Shown here: positions 18,859 to 31,255 of the stretch, piece by piece
Numbering within the stretch: the stretch's first letter is position 1
How the letters are laid out: each line of letters starts with the position of its first letter
Assembly (NCBI GenBank): GCA_963745745.1
Contig: CAVUYS010000007.1
Location: forward strand, 29,956-93,955
Direction of reading: 5' to 3'
Source of the DNA: an uncultured Spirochaetota bacterium
Lineage (GTDB): Bacteria; Spirochaetota; Spirochaetia; SZUA-6; DRHE01
DNA length: 64,000 bases
Notes under the pieces: generated by a model
What the model saw: the letters and a program-made list of their open reading frames with translations, nothing else
What the model was told of the DNA's origin: nothing
Databases searched by the model: none
Position numbers and translations under genes: made by a program

Positions 18859-19234
18859 TTACTTGGTGGCCTTCCGCTTTCCGGCCACGGTCTTGCGCTT
18901 GCCCTTGCGGGTGCGCGCGTTGGTCCGGGTGCGCTGCCCGCGCACCGGCAGCCCGCGGCGGTGGCGGAGGCCCCGGTAGCAGCCGATGTCCATCAGGCGC
19001 TTGATGTTGAGCGACATCTCGGTGCGCAGGCGCCCCTCGACCTTGTAGTCGTTCTCGATGATCTTGCGGACCACGTTCACCTCTTCGGCGGACAGGTCGT
19101 TGATGCCGCTTGTCGGGATCGACCCCGGCGGTGGCGCAGATCTGCCGCGCCGAGGAACGCCCGAGCCCGAAGATGTAGGTCAGGGCGATGTCCACGTGCT
19201 TGTTGGGCAGGTCGACTCCCGCGATTCGTGCCAT
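18859..19234 (-). pseudogene. rpsM: 30S ribosomal protein S13, one frame break near 19090
   Basis: [43 protein letters not shown] (frame of ORF 18182..19366), then [51 protein letters not shown] (18859..19080). Length 3n+1. Confidence 0.9.
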
Positions 19235-19250
19235 GCTTCGCTTCCTCCTG

Positions 19251-19366
19251 CTACCTCTGCCGCTGCTTGTGCTTGGGGTTGCTCGCAGATGATGCGCACG
19301 CACGCCCTTGCGGCGGATCACCTTGCACTTGTCGCAGATCGGCTTCACGCTCACTCGAACCTTCAT
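19251..19366 (-). pseudogene. rpmJ: 50S ribosomal protein L36, two 1-nt insertions
   Basis: ATG 19366 gives [22 protein letters not shown]. Then VRIICE and [12 protein letters not shown] each lie one frame further on. 116 nt = 3n+2. Too short for the ORF track. Confidence 0.85.
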
Positions 19367-19378
19367 CTTTCGATCCTC

Positions 19379-20705
19379 CTACAGATTCCGCGAGCGGATG
19401 CGGCCCTTGCGCACGATGCCCTCGTGGTGGTGCATCCGCAGGTGGCCCTCGACCTGGGACATGGTGTCCAGGTCGACGCCGACCAGGATCAGCAGCGACG
19501 TGCCGCCCATCAGGTAGGCCACCGAGCGTGGGGAAGTTGAACCAGGTCTGCACGATCGAGGGGATGATGGCGATGAAGGCCAGGAACAGCGAGCCCGGGC
19601 AGGATGATGCGGTTGAGGATCCGGGTCAGGTACTCCTCCATCTTCTCGCGTGCGGATGCCCGGGATCGAGCCGCCGTTCTCCCGGATGTGCTTGGAGATC
19701 TCCACCGGGTTCAGCGTCACCTGGGTGTAGAAGTAGGCGAAGAAGATGATCAGCAGGGCGTAGACGACCACGTAGGCGGTGCCGTTCGGGCTGCAGCCAG
19801 GAGGCGAAGCGCCCCAGCCAGGGGATCCGGCCGCCCAGGCTCCCGGCGATCTGCAGCGGGAAGACCAGCAGGGAGGAGGCGAAGATCACCGGGATGACCC
19901 CCGAGGGGTTGATCTTGAAGGGCAGGTAGGTGTTCTGGGCCCCGTAGATCTTGCGCCCGATGACCCGCTTGGCGTAGTGGACCGGGATCTTGCGCTGGCC
20001 CTGCTGCTCGTAGACCACCAGGGCCACCACCACCACGAACAGGATCAGCACGACGATGACGAACACCGGGTTCAGCTCCCGCCTGCGGATCTGCTCCAGC
20101 AGGGTGTAGATCGAGTAGGGGATGCGGGCCACGATGCCGGCGAAGATCAGCAAGCTGATCCCGTTGCCGATGCCCCGCTGGGTGATCTGCTCGCCCAGCC
20201 ACATCAGGAAGATCGTGCCGGCGGTCACGGTGAGCATGGCGAGCAGGATGTAGGACATGCGGCCCAGGGTGATGGCGTCGGGGATCTGGTCGATGTACTG
20301 GGTCACGGTGTAGCCCTGGATCAGGCAGACCAGCACCGTGCCCCAGCGGGTGTAGCGCTGGATCTTCTTGCGCCCGCCCTCCTCCTCGGACAGCTTCTTC
20401 AGCTTGGGGAACACCAGGGTCAGCAGCTGCATGATGATGGAGGTGGAGATGTAGGGCATGATCCCCAGCATGAACACCGAGAAGTTCTTGAAGGCCCCGC
20501 CGGCGAAGAAGTCGAAGTAATCGACGATCCCCGACAGGCCGGCCTGCTCCTGCACCGACATGTAGAGCTTCAGCGCCGTGATGTTCACGCCGGGGATCGG
20601 CAGGTTGGCCCCCAGGCGGAAGATCAGCAGGATGAAGACCGTGAACAGGATGCGGTCGCGCAGGTCCTTGACCCGGAAAATCTCTACGAGAGGATTCGCT
20701 GCCAT
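19379..20705 (-). pseudogene. secY: preprotein translocase subunit SecY, frame breaks in the last ~400 nt
   Basis: ORF 19626..20705 is a clean SecY for ~300 aa (...INPSGVIPVIFASSLLVFPLQIAGSLGG). The C-terminus YALLIIFFAYFYTQVTLNPVEISKHIRENGGSIPGIR...AYLMGGTSLLILVGVDLDTMSQVEGHL is in ORF 19379..19771, with a further internal shift. Confidence 0.9.
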
Positions 20706-20709
20706 CCGT

Positions 20710-21186
20710 CTATGCCTTGTTTCCTTCGTTTTCCGCGGCTTCCGCGGCCGTCGAGCCCCCCGCCGCCTCGATCGCGGCCCTGGCCCCCGCGCTGACCTTG
20801 TCCACGCGCACGGTGAGCTTTTTCTCCAGCTTCCCGCCGGCCAGGATCTTGACCAGCCGGTCGCTGGCCCGCACCAGGCCCCGCGCCAGGAGGCTGGCCC
20901 GGTCCACTACTTCCCCGTCGGCGAAGACGTTGAGCTTTTCCAGCTTCACCGTGGCGTACTCCTTGCGGAAGGGGTAGTTGGAAAAGCCCCGGCGGGCCAC
21001 GCGGCGGAACAGCGGCATCTGGCCGCCCTCGAAGCCGACCCGCACCCCGCCCCCGGCCCGCGCGTTCTGGCCCTTGTCGCCCTTGCCGGCGGTGGAGCCG
21101 TGCCCGGAGCCCGGGCCGCGGCCGAGGATCTTCTTGTGCCGGGTGGCGCCGGCCGGCCGACGGATGTCGAAATTCGAGCTGCTCAC
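20710..21186 (-). CDS. rplO: 50S ribosomal protein L15
   Basis: 158-aa [44 protein letters not shown] start overlaps the rpmD stop (GTGA). Confidence 0.95.
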   Translation of the reverse strand: MSSSNFDIRRPAGATRHKKILGRGPGSGHGSTAGKGDKGQNARAGGGVRVGFEGGQMPLFRRVARRGFSNYPFRKEYATVKLEKLNVFADGEVVDRASLLARGLVRASDRLVKILAGGKLEKKLTVRVDKVSAGARAAIEAAGGSTAAEAAENEGNKA

Positions 21187-21367
21187 CCCTGGACCTCCTG
21201 CACCTCTACCAGGTGCGACACGACGCGCACCATGCCCAGAACCGCCGGGGTGGCCTCCAGCTCGGTGACGGCCCCCAGCCGGCGCAACCCCAGCGCCGTG
21301 ACGGTGCTGCGGCAGGCCGGCTTGCTCCGATCGGGCTGCGCACCAGGCGAATGCGGATTTTCTTCAT
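21183..21367 (-). pseudogene. rpmD: 50S ribosomal protein L30, one 1-nt deletion
   Basis: Hand translation from ATG 21367: [14 protein letters not shown], then after a -1 step [49 protein letters not shown]. 185 nt = 3n+2. Not in the ORF track. Confidence 0.8.
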
Positions 21368-21371
21368 AGGC

Positions 21372-21917
21372 TTAGCCCCAAAACTCCTTGAGGGTCTTGC
21401 CGCGCGAGGCCGCGATCTTGCGGGCGTCCATGAGCTCGCCGATGCCCGCGAAAACGGCCTTGACGATGTTCATGGAATTGGAGGAGCCCTGGGACTTGGA
21501 CAGGATGTCCCTGACCCCGGCGGCCTCCATCACGGCCCGCACCGGGCCCCCGGCGATGATGCCGGTTCCCGGCGAGGCGGGCTTCAGCAGCACCCGGGCG
21601 CTCTTGAAGCGGCCGATGACCTGGTGGGGGATGGTGGTCTTCTTCTGCGGCATGGCCACCAGGTTGCGCTTGGCCCGCTCGATGCTCTTGCGGATGGCGT
21701 CGGAAACGTAGTTGGCCTTGCCGAAACCGTAGCCCACCCGGCCGTTGCGGTCGCCCACCACGGTCAGGGCCGAGAAGGAGAACCTCCGGCCGCCCTTGAC
21801 CACCTTGGCGATGCGGTTGAGGCGCACCAGCTTCTCCATGTATTCCCGGTCCCCACGATCCCGGTCCTGCCGGTCGCGGCGCTCCGGGCGCCTGTCCTGT
21901 CTGTCCCTGTTATCCAA
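21372..21917 (-). CDS. rpsE: 30S ribosomal protein S5 (with R/D-rich N-terminal extension)
   Basis: 181 aa. [40 protein letters not shown]. Confidence 0.95.
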   Translation of the reverse strand: MDNRDRQDRRPERRDRQDRDRGDREYMEKLVRLNRIAKVVKGGRRFSFSALTVVGDRNGRVGYGFGKANYVSDAIRKSIERAKRNLVAMPQKKTTIPHQVIGRFKSARVLLKPASPGTGIIAGGPVRAVMEAAGVRDILSKSQGSSNSMNIVKAVFAGIGELMDARKIAASRGKTLKEFWG

Positions 21918-21929
21918 GCTTGAGCCCCC

Positions 21930-22289
21930 TTAGAAGCTTACTCCGGCCTTCCGCGCGCCCTCGGCCACGGCCTTGACCACTCCGTGGTAGGCGTAGCCGT
22001 TGCGGTCGAACACGACCTTGGCGATATTCTTCTCTTTCAGCCGCTGGCCGATCACCTCGCCCAGCTGGGCGCCGCCGGCCACCGTGCTCTTGACCGCCGC
22101 CAGCGCCTTCTCCCGGTTGGAGGCGGCGGCCAGCGTGCGGCCCTGAGCGTCGTCGATGGCCTGGAGGTAGATGTAGTGCGAGCTGCGGTACACCGTCAGC
22201 CGGGGCCGCTCCCCGGTGCCGGCCACCCGCTTGCGGATGTGCGCCTTGCGCCGGGTCCTCTTTACCTTCTTGTGTTCCAGCCTGTTCAT
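21930..22289 (-). CDS. rplR: 50S ribosomal protein L18
   Basis: 119 aa. RPRLTVYRSSHYIYLQAIDD...FDRNGYAYHGVVKAVAEGARKAG. Confidence 0.95.
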   Translation of the reverse strand: MNRLEHKKVKRTRRKAHIRKRVAGTGERPRLTVYRSSHYIYLQAIDDAQGRTLAAASNREKALAAVKSTVAGGAQLGEVIGQRLKEKNIAKVVFDRNGYAYHGVVKAVAEGARKAGVSF

Positions 22290-22292
22290 AGC

Positions 22293-22832
22293 TTACTTCA
22301 CTCCGGTCTTGCCGATCTTGCGGCGTACGAACTCTTTCTCGTACCGGATGCCCTTGCCCTTGTAGGGCTCCGGCGGGCGCAGCGAGCGGATCTCGGCGCA
22401 CACCTGGCCCAGGCGCTGCCGGTCGTTGGAGCTGACGATGATGCGGTTGTTGGCCTCCACCCCCACCGTGATGCCCTCGGGCAGGGCGTACTCGATGGGG
22501 TTGGAGAAGCCCAGGTTCAACAGCAGGTTCTTGCCCTTCAGCTCCGCCCGGTAGCCGACCCCGTTGACCAGCAGGACCTTGCTGAAGCCCTCGTTCACCC
22601 CGGTCACCATGTTCTGGATCAGGCGGCGGTACAGGCCGTGCATGGACCTGGAGAGCTTGCTGTCGTCGCGGCGGGCCACCGTGCACTGCCCGTCGGCCAC
22701 GCGCACCTCCACGTTGGGGGCCACCAGCTGCTTGAGCTTCCCCCGCTTGCCCTCCACGCTCACCTCCCCCGCGCTCACGCTCACCTTGACCCCGGCGGGG
22801 ATGGGGATGGACAGTCGTCCTATTCTCGACAT
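22293..22832 (-). CDS. rplF: 50S ribosomal protein L6
   Basis: 179 aa. MSRIGRLSIPIPAGVKVSV...PEPYKGKGIRYEKEFVRRKIGK. Confidence 0.95.
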   Translation of the reverse strand: MSRIGRLSIPIPAGVKVSVSAGEVSVEGKRGKLKQLVAPNVEVRVADGQCTVARRDDSKLSRSMHGLYRRLIQNMVTGVNEGFSKVLLVNGVGYRAELKGKNLLLNLGFSNPIEYALPEGITVGVEANNRIIVSSNDRQRLGQVCAEIRSLRPPEPYKGKGIRYEKEFVRRKIGKTGVK

Positions 22833-22845
22833 CGCTTCACCTCGC

Positions 22846-23244
22846 TCACCAGACGCTGCAGATCAGCTCGCCGCCCAGCTTCTTCTCCGTGGCCTTCTTG
22901 CCGGTGATCACCCCCTGGGAGGTCGTCACGATCAGGGTGCCGTAGCCGTTGAAGATCCGCGGCATCTCCTTGTAGCCGGTGTACACCCGGCGCCCAGGCT
23001 TGGACATCCGCTGCAGGCCGTGGATGACCGCCTTGTTGCCGTCGTCGTATTTCAGGTAGATCCTGATCTGGTTGGTGCCGTCCTGGGCCACCTTCTTGAA
23101 GGTCTTGATGAAGCCTTCATTCTTCAGGATCTTGACGATCTCCACCTTGAGCTTGGAGGCCGGAATGTCCACTTTCTCGAATTTCGCCAGGCTGGCGTTG
23201 CGGATCTTGGTCAACATGTCCGCAATGGGATCGGAACAGCTCAT
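22846..23244 (-). CDS. rpsH: 30S ribosomal protein S8
   Basis: 132 aa. [30 protein letters not shown]. Confidence 0.95.
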   Translation of the reverse strand: MSCSDPIADMLTKIRNASLAKFEKVDIPASKLKVEIVKILKNEGFIKTFKKVAQDGTNQIRIYLKYDDGNKAVIHGLQRMSKPGRRVYTGYKEMPRIFNGYGTLIVTTSQGVITGKKATEKKLGGELICSVW

Positions 23245-23254
23245 CTTTCTCTCC

Positions 23255-23440
23255 CTACCAACTGGATTTGGTTACGCCGGGAAGTTTGCCTTCGCTGGCC
23301 AGTTTCCTGAAGCAGATCCTGCACATCTGGAACTTGCGCAGGTAGCCGCGCGACCGGCCGCAGATGCGGCAGCGGTTGACCTTGCGGGTCATGAACTTGG
23401 GCTTCTTCAGGGACTTGTTGATCATCGCTTTTCGGGCCAC
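23255..23440 (-). CDS. rpsN: 30S ribosomal protein S14, short zinc-binding (type Z) form
   Basis: 61 aa. [22 protein letters not shown]. Confidence 0.95.
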   Translation of the reverse strand: MARKAMINKSLKKPKFMTRKVNRCRICGRSRGYLRKFQMCRICFRKLASEGKLPGVTKSSW

Positions 23441-23456
23441 TAGCGCTTTCTCCTTG

Positions 23457-24238
23457 TCACTTGCGGAAGGGCATCCCCAGGGCGGTCAGCAGCTGCCTCC
23501 CCTCCTGGTCCGTCCTGGCGGTGGTGCAGATGGCGATATTCATTCCGCTCACCCGCTCGATCTTGTCGTAGTCGATCTCCGGAAATATGATCTGCTCGGT
23601 GAGCCCCAGGGCGTAGTTGCCCCTGCCGTCGAAGGCGTTGGGGTTGATGCCGCGGAAGTCCTTGACCCGGGGCAGGGCCACGTTGGCCAGGCGGTCCAGG
23701 AACTCGTACATGTGGTAGCCGCGCAGCGTCACCATGGCCCCGATCTCGTTGCCCTTGCGCACCTTGAAGTTGGCGATGGACTTCTTGGCCTTGGTCTTCA
23801 CGGGCTTCAGGCCCGTGATCTGGGCCAGTTCCTTGACCGCCGCGTCCAGGAGCTTCTTGTTGACCAGGGCCTCCCCCACTCCCATGCTGACCACGATCTT
23901 CTCCAGCTTGGGCACCTGCTGCACCGAGGCGTAGGAGAACTCCTCGCGCAGCGCCTTGGCGACCTTCTCCCGGTACAGCACCCGCAGGCGCGGCTCCTTG
24001 ACCGGCAGCTTCGGGGCCTTCTCCTTGGGCTTGCCGCCCTCCTTGGAGGGCTTCGCCCCGCCTTCCGGCTTCTGGCCCTTGCCCTTGCCTTCCTGGGCCT
24101 TGCCCCTTCCTTGCCGCCTTGCCGCCTTCCTTGGCCGGGCGCGCTTCGGCCTTCTGGCCCTGGCCCTCGGGCCGCGGAGCCTTGGCCTTTTTCTCGGCAG
24201 GCTGCCGCCTGCTCGTCCGCTTTCCGCTCTTCCGCCAT
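23457..24238 (-). pseudogene. rplE: 50S ribosomal protein L5 with ~85-aa K/E/G/A-rich N-terminal extension (two 1-nt insertions inside the extension; conserved core 23457..23981 intact)
   Basis: The core ORF starts at a GTG inside the conserved N-terminus ([42 protein letters not shown]). The ATG at 24238 overlaps the rplX TAA (TAATG). Hand translation: [13 protein letters not shown] / [32 protein letters not shown] / [43 protein letters not shown]. Total 782 nt = 3n+2. Confidence 0.7.
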
Positions 24239-24558
24239 TACAGCTCGCCTCCGCACTTGCGGCAGATGCGCAGCTTGCGCTCGCCTTCCACCTTGTAGCC
24301 GACGCGCGTCGGCCCGCACTTCTTGCACACCATCTGCAGATTGGACAGGTGGATGGCGGCCTCCACCGAGGAAATGCCGCCCTTCTGCTGCTGTCCCTTG
24401 GCCTTCATCGCCTTCTTGACCAGGTTCAGGCCCTCGATCACCGCCCGTCCCTTGACGCGGTCGATCTTGACCACCCGGCCGCTCTTGCCGCGATCCTTGC
24501 CCGACATGACCCGCACCTGGTCGTTCTTCCGCAGCTTGCTGGCCACGTTCTTGCTCAT
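24238..24558 (-). CDS. rplX: 50S ribosomal protein L24 (C-terminal CxxC...CxxC variant)
   Basis: 106 aa. [27 protein letters not shown]...[30 protein letters not shown]. Confidence 0.95.
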   Translation of the reverse strand: MSKNVASKLRKNDQVRVMSGKDRGKSGRVVKIDRVKGRAVIEGLNLVKKAMKAKGQQQKGGISSVEAAIHLSNLQMVCKKCGPTRVGYKVEGERKLRICRKCGGEL

Positions 24559-24923
24559 AGTACCTCCGGAGCCAGGGAGACGATCTTCATGAAGTCCTTC
24601 TCCCGCAGTTCCCGGGCCACCGGCCCGAAGATCCGCTTGCCCTTCGGGTTGGAGCCCGCGTCGATCAGCACGCAGGCGTTGTCGTCGAAGCGGATGTAGG
24701 TGCCGTCAGCCCGGCGGAACTCCTTCTTGGTGCGCACGATGACCGCCTTTTCCACGGTGCCTTTTTTCACCGCGGCGTTGGGCAGGGCGTCCTTCACCGC
24801 CACCACGATGATGTCCCCGATGGCCGCGGTGCGCCGGCGGCTGCCGCCCAGCACCTTGATGCACTGGACGATCTTGGCCCCGCTGTTGTCGGCCACGTTC
24901 AGGTAGGTCCTCATCTGGATCAT
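24555..24923 (-). CDS. rplN: 50S ribosomal protein L14
   Basis: 122 aa. [31 protein letters not shown]. Confidence 0.95.
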   Translation of the reverse strand: MIQMRTYLNVADNSGAKIVQCIKVLGGSRRRTAAIGDIIVVAVKDALPNAAVKKGTVEKAVIVRTKKEFRRADGTYIRFDDNACVLIDAGSNPKGKRIFGPVARELREKDFMKIVSLAPEVL

Positions 24924-24924
24924 A

Positions 24925-25197
24925 TCACTTGGCCTTTTCCAGGATTTCCGCCAGGCGCCAGCACTTTTCCTTGCTGATCGGCCGGCTCTCGATCACCCGC
25001 ACCAGATCGCCGATACCGGCCTGGTTGCCCTCGTCGTGGGCTTTGATCTTCTTGGTCAGGGTGAGGTACTTCTTGTACAGCGGGTGCAGCGTGCGACGCT
25101 CGATGGCCACGACGATGGTCTTCTGCATCTTGTTGCTCACCACCCGCCCGGTGAGCACCCTCTTGATGCCCTTCTTTGCCTTTTTTTGTTCTTCCAC
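24925..25197 (-). CDS. rpsQ: 30S ribosomal protein S17
   Basis: 90 aa. [30 protein letters not shown]. Confidence 0.95.
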   Translation of the reverse strand: MEEQKKAKKGIKRVLTGRVVSNKMQKTIVVAIERRTLHPLYKKYLTLTKKIKAHDEGNQAGIGDLVRVIESRPISKEKCWRLAEILEKAK

Positions 25198-25208
25198 CTC
25201 AGCCTCTC

Positions 25209-25415
25209 CTAGCCGTGCTTGCGGATGCCCAGGTCGTACTCGTGGATGACCGTGTTCAGGCGCGCCAGGCTCCGCCTCAACACCCGCTTCTGCAGCGGAT
25301 TGTCCACGTGGCTCAAGACCATGTTGAAGCGCAGGTCCCGGTAGCTCTTGCGCAGCTCCTCGCGCTTGGTGAGCAGCTCCTGGTAGGACAGCTCGTTGAA
25401 CGAGTTCTTCATCAT
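25209..25415 (-). CDS. rpmC: 50S ribosomal protein L29
   Basis: 68 aa. [32 protein letters not shown]. Confidence 0.9.
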   Translation of the reverse strand: MMKNSFNELSYQELLTKREELRKSYRDLRFNMVLSHVDNPLQKRVLRRSLARLNTVIHEYDLGIRKHG

Positions 25416-25422
25416 CGCCCCC

Positions 25423-25833
25423 CTACGTCCGCCGGGCCACGAACTTGCTGTGGATCGGCAGCTTGCTGCCCGCCAGCTTGACCGCCTCGACGGCCAGCTC
25501 GCGGGTCACCCCGCCGATCTCGAACAGGACCGTGCCGGGCTTGACCGCCGCCACCCAGTACTCCGGGGTGCCCTTGCCCTTGCCCATGCGGGTCTCCGCC
25601 GGCTTCTTGGTGTAGGGGATGTCGGGGAAGATGCGGATCCACACCTTGCCGCCGCGCTTGATGTGGCGGGTGATGGCGATACGGGCCGCCTCGATCTGGC
25701 GGTTGGTGATCCAGTAGCGCTCCAGGGCCGCGATGCCGTAGTCCCCGAAGGAGACCTTGTTGCCCCGGGTGGCCACGCCCTTCATCCGCCCGCGCTGCTG
25801 CTTGCGGAACTTGGTACGTTTCGGACTCAGCAT
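25423..25833 (-). CDS. rplP: 50S ribosomal protein L16
   Basis: 136 aa. [33 protein letters not shown]. Confidence 0.95.
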   Translation of the reverse strand: MLSPKRTKFRKQQRGRMKGVATRGNKVSFGDYGIAALERYWITNRQIEAARIAITRHIKRGGKVWIRIFPDIPYTKKPAETRMGKGKGTPEYWVAAVKPGTVLFEIGGVTRELAVEAVKLAGSKLPIHSKFVARRT

Positions 25834-25836
25834 GGA

Positions 25837-26544
25837 CTAGCTCCTGACTCGCTCGCGCTCGCGCTCGCGCTGCTTGCGCAGCAACAGGCCGGCGTCCTCT
25901 TTCTTCTCGCCCCCGAACAGCTCGCCCTTATAGACCCAGACCTTGATGCCGATCGAGCCGAAGGTGGTGATCGAGGTGGCCGCCCCGTAGTCGATGTCGG
26001 CCCGGAAGGTGTGCAGGGGGATGCGCCCCTCCTTGAACTGCTCGGTGCGGGCGATTTCCGAGCCGCCCAGGCGCCCGGAAACCCGGATCTTGGCGCCCTG
26101 CACCCCCGCCTTCATGGCGTTGGCCACGGCCATCTTCATGGCCCGGCGGAAGGAGGCCCGCGCCTTCAGCTGCCGGCCGACGTTCTCGGCGATCAGCTGG
26201 GCGTCGGTCTCCGGGCGTCCGATCTCCTTGATCTTGATCTGGATCTTCTTGCCCACCATCTTCTGCAGGCGCTTGCCCAGCTTCTCGATGTTGGCGCCCT
26301 TGGCCCCGATGATCACCCCGGGCCGCCCGGTGTGGATGATCAGGGTGATGCGCTGGGGGTGGCGGATGATCTCCAGGTCGGCGATGTCCGCCCCTTGCGT
26401 TTCCTGGGCCTCGCCGATGACCTTGCGCAGGCGCAGGTCCTCGTGCAGGGTGTTGGCGTATTCCTTGGGGTCCACGTACCACTTGCTCTTCCAGGTCTTG
26501 TTGATGCCCAGCCGCAGGCCGTACGGATTGACTTTCTGTCCCAT
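25837..26544 (-). CDS. rpsC: 30S ribosomal protein S3
   Basis: 235 aa. [23 protein letters not shown]...[12 protein letters not shown]. Confidence 0.95.
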   Translation of the reverse strand: MGQKVNPYGLRLGINKTWKSKWYVDPKEYANTLHEDLRLRKVIGEAQETQGADIADLEIIRHPQRITLIIHTGRPGVIIGAKGANIEKLGKRLQKMVGKKIQIKIKEIGRPETDAQLIAENVGRQLKARASFRRAMKMAVANAMKAGVQGAKIRVSGRLGGSEIARTEQFKEGRIPLHTFRADIDYGAATSITTFGSIGIKVWVYKGELFGGEKKEDAGLLLRKQRERERERVRS

Positions 26545-26545
26545 C

Positions 26546-26926
26546 CTATGCTTTCTCCCCTCGCGCGATCGCGATTTGGTCCAGCTCCACCGAGATGTGG
26601 CAGGTGCGCTTCTGCAGGCGGTCCGCCCGGCCGCGCGCCCGCGGCCAGACCCGCTTCAGGCGCATGCCCTCGTTGACCTGCAGGTCCTTGACGTACAGCA
26701 TGCCCTCGTCCAGGTTCTTGTTGTTGGACAGGGCGTTGGCCGCCGCCGACTGGATGACCTTCTTCAACAGGCGCGCGCCCTTGTGGGGCAGCGCCTCCAA
26801 CAGGGCGATGGCGTCCCCGTAGGGCTTGCGGCGCACCTTGTCGGCCACGCGGCGCACCTTGAAGGCCGAAGCCATGAGGTACCGCGAGTGGGCCCGGAAG
26901 CCCTTCTTCTTTTCCTGATCTGGCAT
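26546..26926 (-). CDS. rplV: 50S ribosomal protein L22
   Basis: 126 aa. [43 protein letters not shown]. Confidence 0.95.
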   Translation of the reverse strand: MPDQEKKKGFRAHSRYLMASAFKVRRVADKVRRKPYGDAIALLEALPHKGARLLKKVIQSAAANALSNNKNLDEGMLYVKDLQVNEGMRLKRVWPRARGRADRLQKRTCHISVELDQIAIARGEKA

Positions 26927-26936
26927 CTGGCCCCCC

Positions 26937-27218
26937 CTACTTCTTCAGGACCTTCTTGTCCGAGCCGCTGTGCCCGCGGAAGATGCGGGTGGGCGCGAAC
27001 TCGCCGAGCTTGTGACCGACGAGGTTCTCGGTGACGTAGACCGGGACCCAGGTCTTGCCGTTGTAGACCGAGATGGTGAATCCGACCATCTCCGGGAAGA
27101 TCGTCGAGCAGCGGGAATAGGTCTTCACCATCTTCTTGTCGCCGCTCTTGTTCATGTCGAGGATCCGCTTGTAGAGGCTCTTGGCGATAAAAGGACCTTT
27201 TTTTACTGACCTGGACAC
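26937..27218 (-). CDS. rpsS: 30S ribosomal protein S19
   Basis: 93 aa. [15 protein letters not shown]...[28 protein letters not shown]. Confidence 0.95.
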   Translation of the reverse strand: MSRSVKKGPFIAKSLYKRILDMNKSGDKKMVKTYSRCSTIFPEMVGFTISVYNGKTWVPVYVTENLVGHKLGEFAPTRIFRGHSGSDKKVLKK

Positions 27219-27230
27219 CGCTGTGGCTCC

Positions 27231-28056
<826 letters not shown>

Positions 28057-28058
28057 GC

Positions 28059-28343
28059 TCAGGCTCCTTCGAAGATCTGGATCACTTCACCGGGCCGCAG
28101 GGTGACCACAGCCTTCTTCCAGCCCGCGGTGTAGCCCGGTTTGGCCCTCACCCGCTTGGGCTTGCCCTTGACCTTCAGGATGTTGCAGGCCACGGGATGC
28201 ACCCCGAAAAGCTTGCGCACGGCCTGCATCACCTGGATCTTGTTCGCCCGGGCGTCCACCCGGAAGCTGTACTTGCCCTTCTCCCGGGCCAGGTTGGACT
28301 TTTCGGTCACGATCGGCTCGATGATCACCGCTTCAGCCTGCAT
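28059..28343 (-). CDS. rplW: 50S ribosomal protein L23
   Basis: C-terminal 94 aa of ORF 28059..28748: [48 protein letters not shown]... Confidence 0.9.
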   Translation of the reverse strand: MQAEAVIIEPIVTEKSNLAREKGKYSFRVDARANKIQVMQAVRKLFGVHPVACNILKVKGKPKRVRAKPGYTAGWKKAVVTLRPGEVIQIFEGA

Positions 28344-28990
28344 CAGGATACCCTCTGCTTCTTGTCCGCGTAGAACTCGTTCAGGCCCACGGCAGCCTGC
28401 TCCAGCAGGATCAGGCGGCTGGCGTAGAACAGCTCGTGCGCCGACAGGCGGTTGTAGGCCAGGAAGCTCAGGGAAGGCAGGTTGCGTCCGGCCCTGCGCA
28501 GCACACGATCCTCCCTGCCCAGCACGATCACCGTCCGGCCTTCGGCCTGGGGGTTGACCTTCTTGAGGATGGCCACCAGGTCCTTGGTCTTGCCCGTTTG
28601 GACCGTGAAATCCTCCATGACCACCAGGCGCTCCTGGGCGTTCTTCTGGCTCAGCAGCGAGCGCATGGCCAGGCGCTTGACCTTGCGCGGCAGGCGGTAG
28701 CTGTAGTCCTTGGGATGGGGACCGAAGATGATCCCGCCGTGCACCCACACGGGGGAGCGCTTGTCCCCCGCCCGCGCCCGGCCGGTGCCCTTCTGCCGCC
28801 AGGGCTTGGCGCTGGAGCCCTTCACGTTGCCCCGGGTCTTGGTTTCCGCGGTGCCCATCCGCTGGTTGGCCTGCTCGTTGCGCAGGGCGTGGTAGATCGA
28901 GCCCTCCGAGACTTCCGCGCCGAACACCTCGTCGGCCAGGCTGATTTCCCGGGAGGCCGAGCCGTCCACGGTGATGAGCTTCTTGATCAT
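28343..28990 (-). CDS. rplD: 50S ribosomal protein L4
   Basis: Last 215 aa of ORF 28343..29350 from [18 protein letters not shown]...[34 protein letters not shown] overlap with the rplC stop. Confidence 0.9.
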   Translation of the reverse strand: MIKKLITVDGSASREISLADEVFGAEVSEGSIYHALRNEQANQRMGTAETKTRGNVKGSSAKPWRQKGTGRARAGDKRSPVWVHGGIIFGPHPKDYSYRLPRKVKRLAMRSLLSQKNAQERLVVMEDFTVQTGKTKDLVAILKKVNPQAEGRTVIVLGREDRVLRRAGRNLPSLSFLAYNRLSAHELFYASRLILLEQAAVGLNEFYADKKQRVS

Positions 28991-29610
28991 ACCAAACCCT
29001 TCTTCTTGGCCCGGCTCACCAGCACGGCCGTGCCCGGCGCGCCCGGGACCGCCCCGTGCACCAGCAGCAGACCCTTCTCGGCGTCCACCCGCAGCAGGCG
29101 CAGGTTCTGCACGGTCGTGCGCTCCCCGCCCATCCGGCCGGCCATCTTGCGGCCGGGCAGGGTCTTCACGTGGGCCTGTCCGGTGGAGCCGCCCTCGCGC
29201 TTCACCATGGAGCCGTGCGACTTCGGGCCGCCGCTGAAGTGGTAACGCCTCACCACTCCCTGGAAGCCCTTGCCCTTGGAGACCGCGACCACGTCCACCC
29301 AGAGCACCCCGGCGAAGGCCTCCACCCCGATGCGGTCGCCGGTCTTGCACTCCTTCTCGAAGCCCCGCAGCTCCCGCAGCAGGCGGGTGGGCTCCAGGCC
29401 TTCAGCGAATTGCCCGGCCACCGGCTTTTTGCGCCGGGAGGCCTTGATCTGGCCCCAGCCCAGCACCACGGCGGAGTAGCCGTTCTTCTCGGGGGTGCGC
29501 TGCGCCACGACCAGGTTAGGCTCCACCTCGATGACGGTCACCCCCTGGGGGGCGCCCTTCTCGTCGAAGATCTGGGTCATGCCCAGCTTTTTTCCGATCA
29601 GCCCCAGCAT
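28987..29610 (-). CDS. rplC: 50S ribosomal protein L3
   Basis: 207 aa. MLGLIGKKLGMTQIFDEKGAPQGVTVIEV...GKGFQGVVRRYHFSGGPKSHG. Confidence 0.95.
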   Translation of the reverse strand: MLGLIGKKLGMTQIFDEKGAPQGVTVIEVEPNLVVAQRTPEKNGYSAVVLGWGQIKASRRKKPVAGQFAEGLEPTRLLRELRGFEKECKTGDRIGVEAFAGVLWVDVVAVSKGKGFQGVVRRYHFSGGPKSHGSMVKREGGSTGQAHVKTLPGRKMAGRMGGERTTVQNLRLLRVDAEKGLLLVHGAVPGAPGTAVLVSRAKKKGLV

Positions 29611-29619
29611 AGCCTGCCC

Positions 29620-29928
29620 CTACTGCTTGATCTCGACGTCGACGCCCGCCGGCAGCTCCAGCTTCATCAGCGCGTCCATGACCACCGACGTCGGCTCGAT
29701 GATGTCGATCAGCCGCTTGTGGGTCCTCATCTCGAACTGCTCGCGGCTCTTCTTGTTCACGTGCGGCGAGCGCAGCACCGTGAAGCGGTTGATGCGGGTC
29801 GGCAGGGGAATCGGCCCCGACACCTTGGAGCCCGCCTTGAGCACCGTCTGCACGATGGCTTTGGCGCTCTGGTCGATCAGCTCGATGTCGAAGCCCCGCA
29901 AGCGCACCCGTATCCTGTCCTTGGCCAT
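29620..29928 (-). CDS. rpsJ: 30S ribosomal protein S10
   Basis: 102 aa. [40 protein letters not shown]. Confidence 0.95.
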   Translation of the reverse strand: MAKDRIRVRLRGFDIELIDQSAKAIVQTVLKAGSKVSGPIPLPTRINRFTVLRSPHVNKKSREQFEMRTHKRLIDIIEPTSVVMDALMKLELPAGVDVEIKQ

Positions 29929-30030
29929 TGCTCCTCCAGTCTCCTCGCACCCAAGGCGCGCGCGCTCCGCCCGCCTCCCCTGGGGAGGCCGGTCCCGAGT
30001 GAGAGCCCACCCGGCCCGCCTCCGGAACGC

Positions 30031-31221
<1,191 letters not shown>

Positions 31222-31255
31222 AGCTACCTCCTGTCTTTCCCAAGCGAATCACGCT

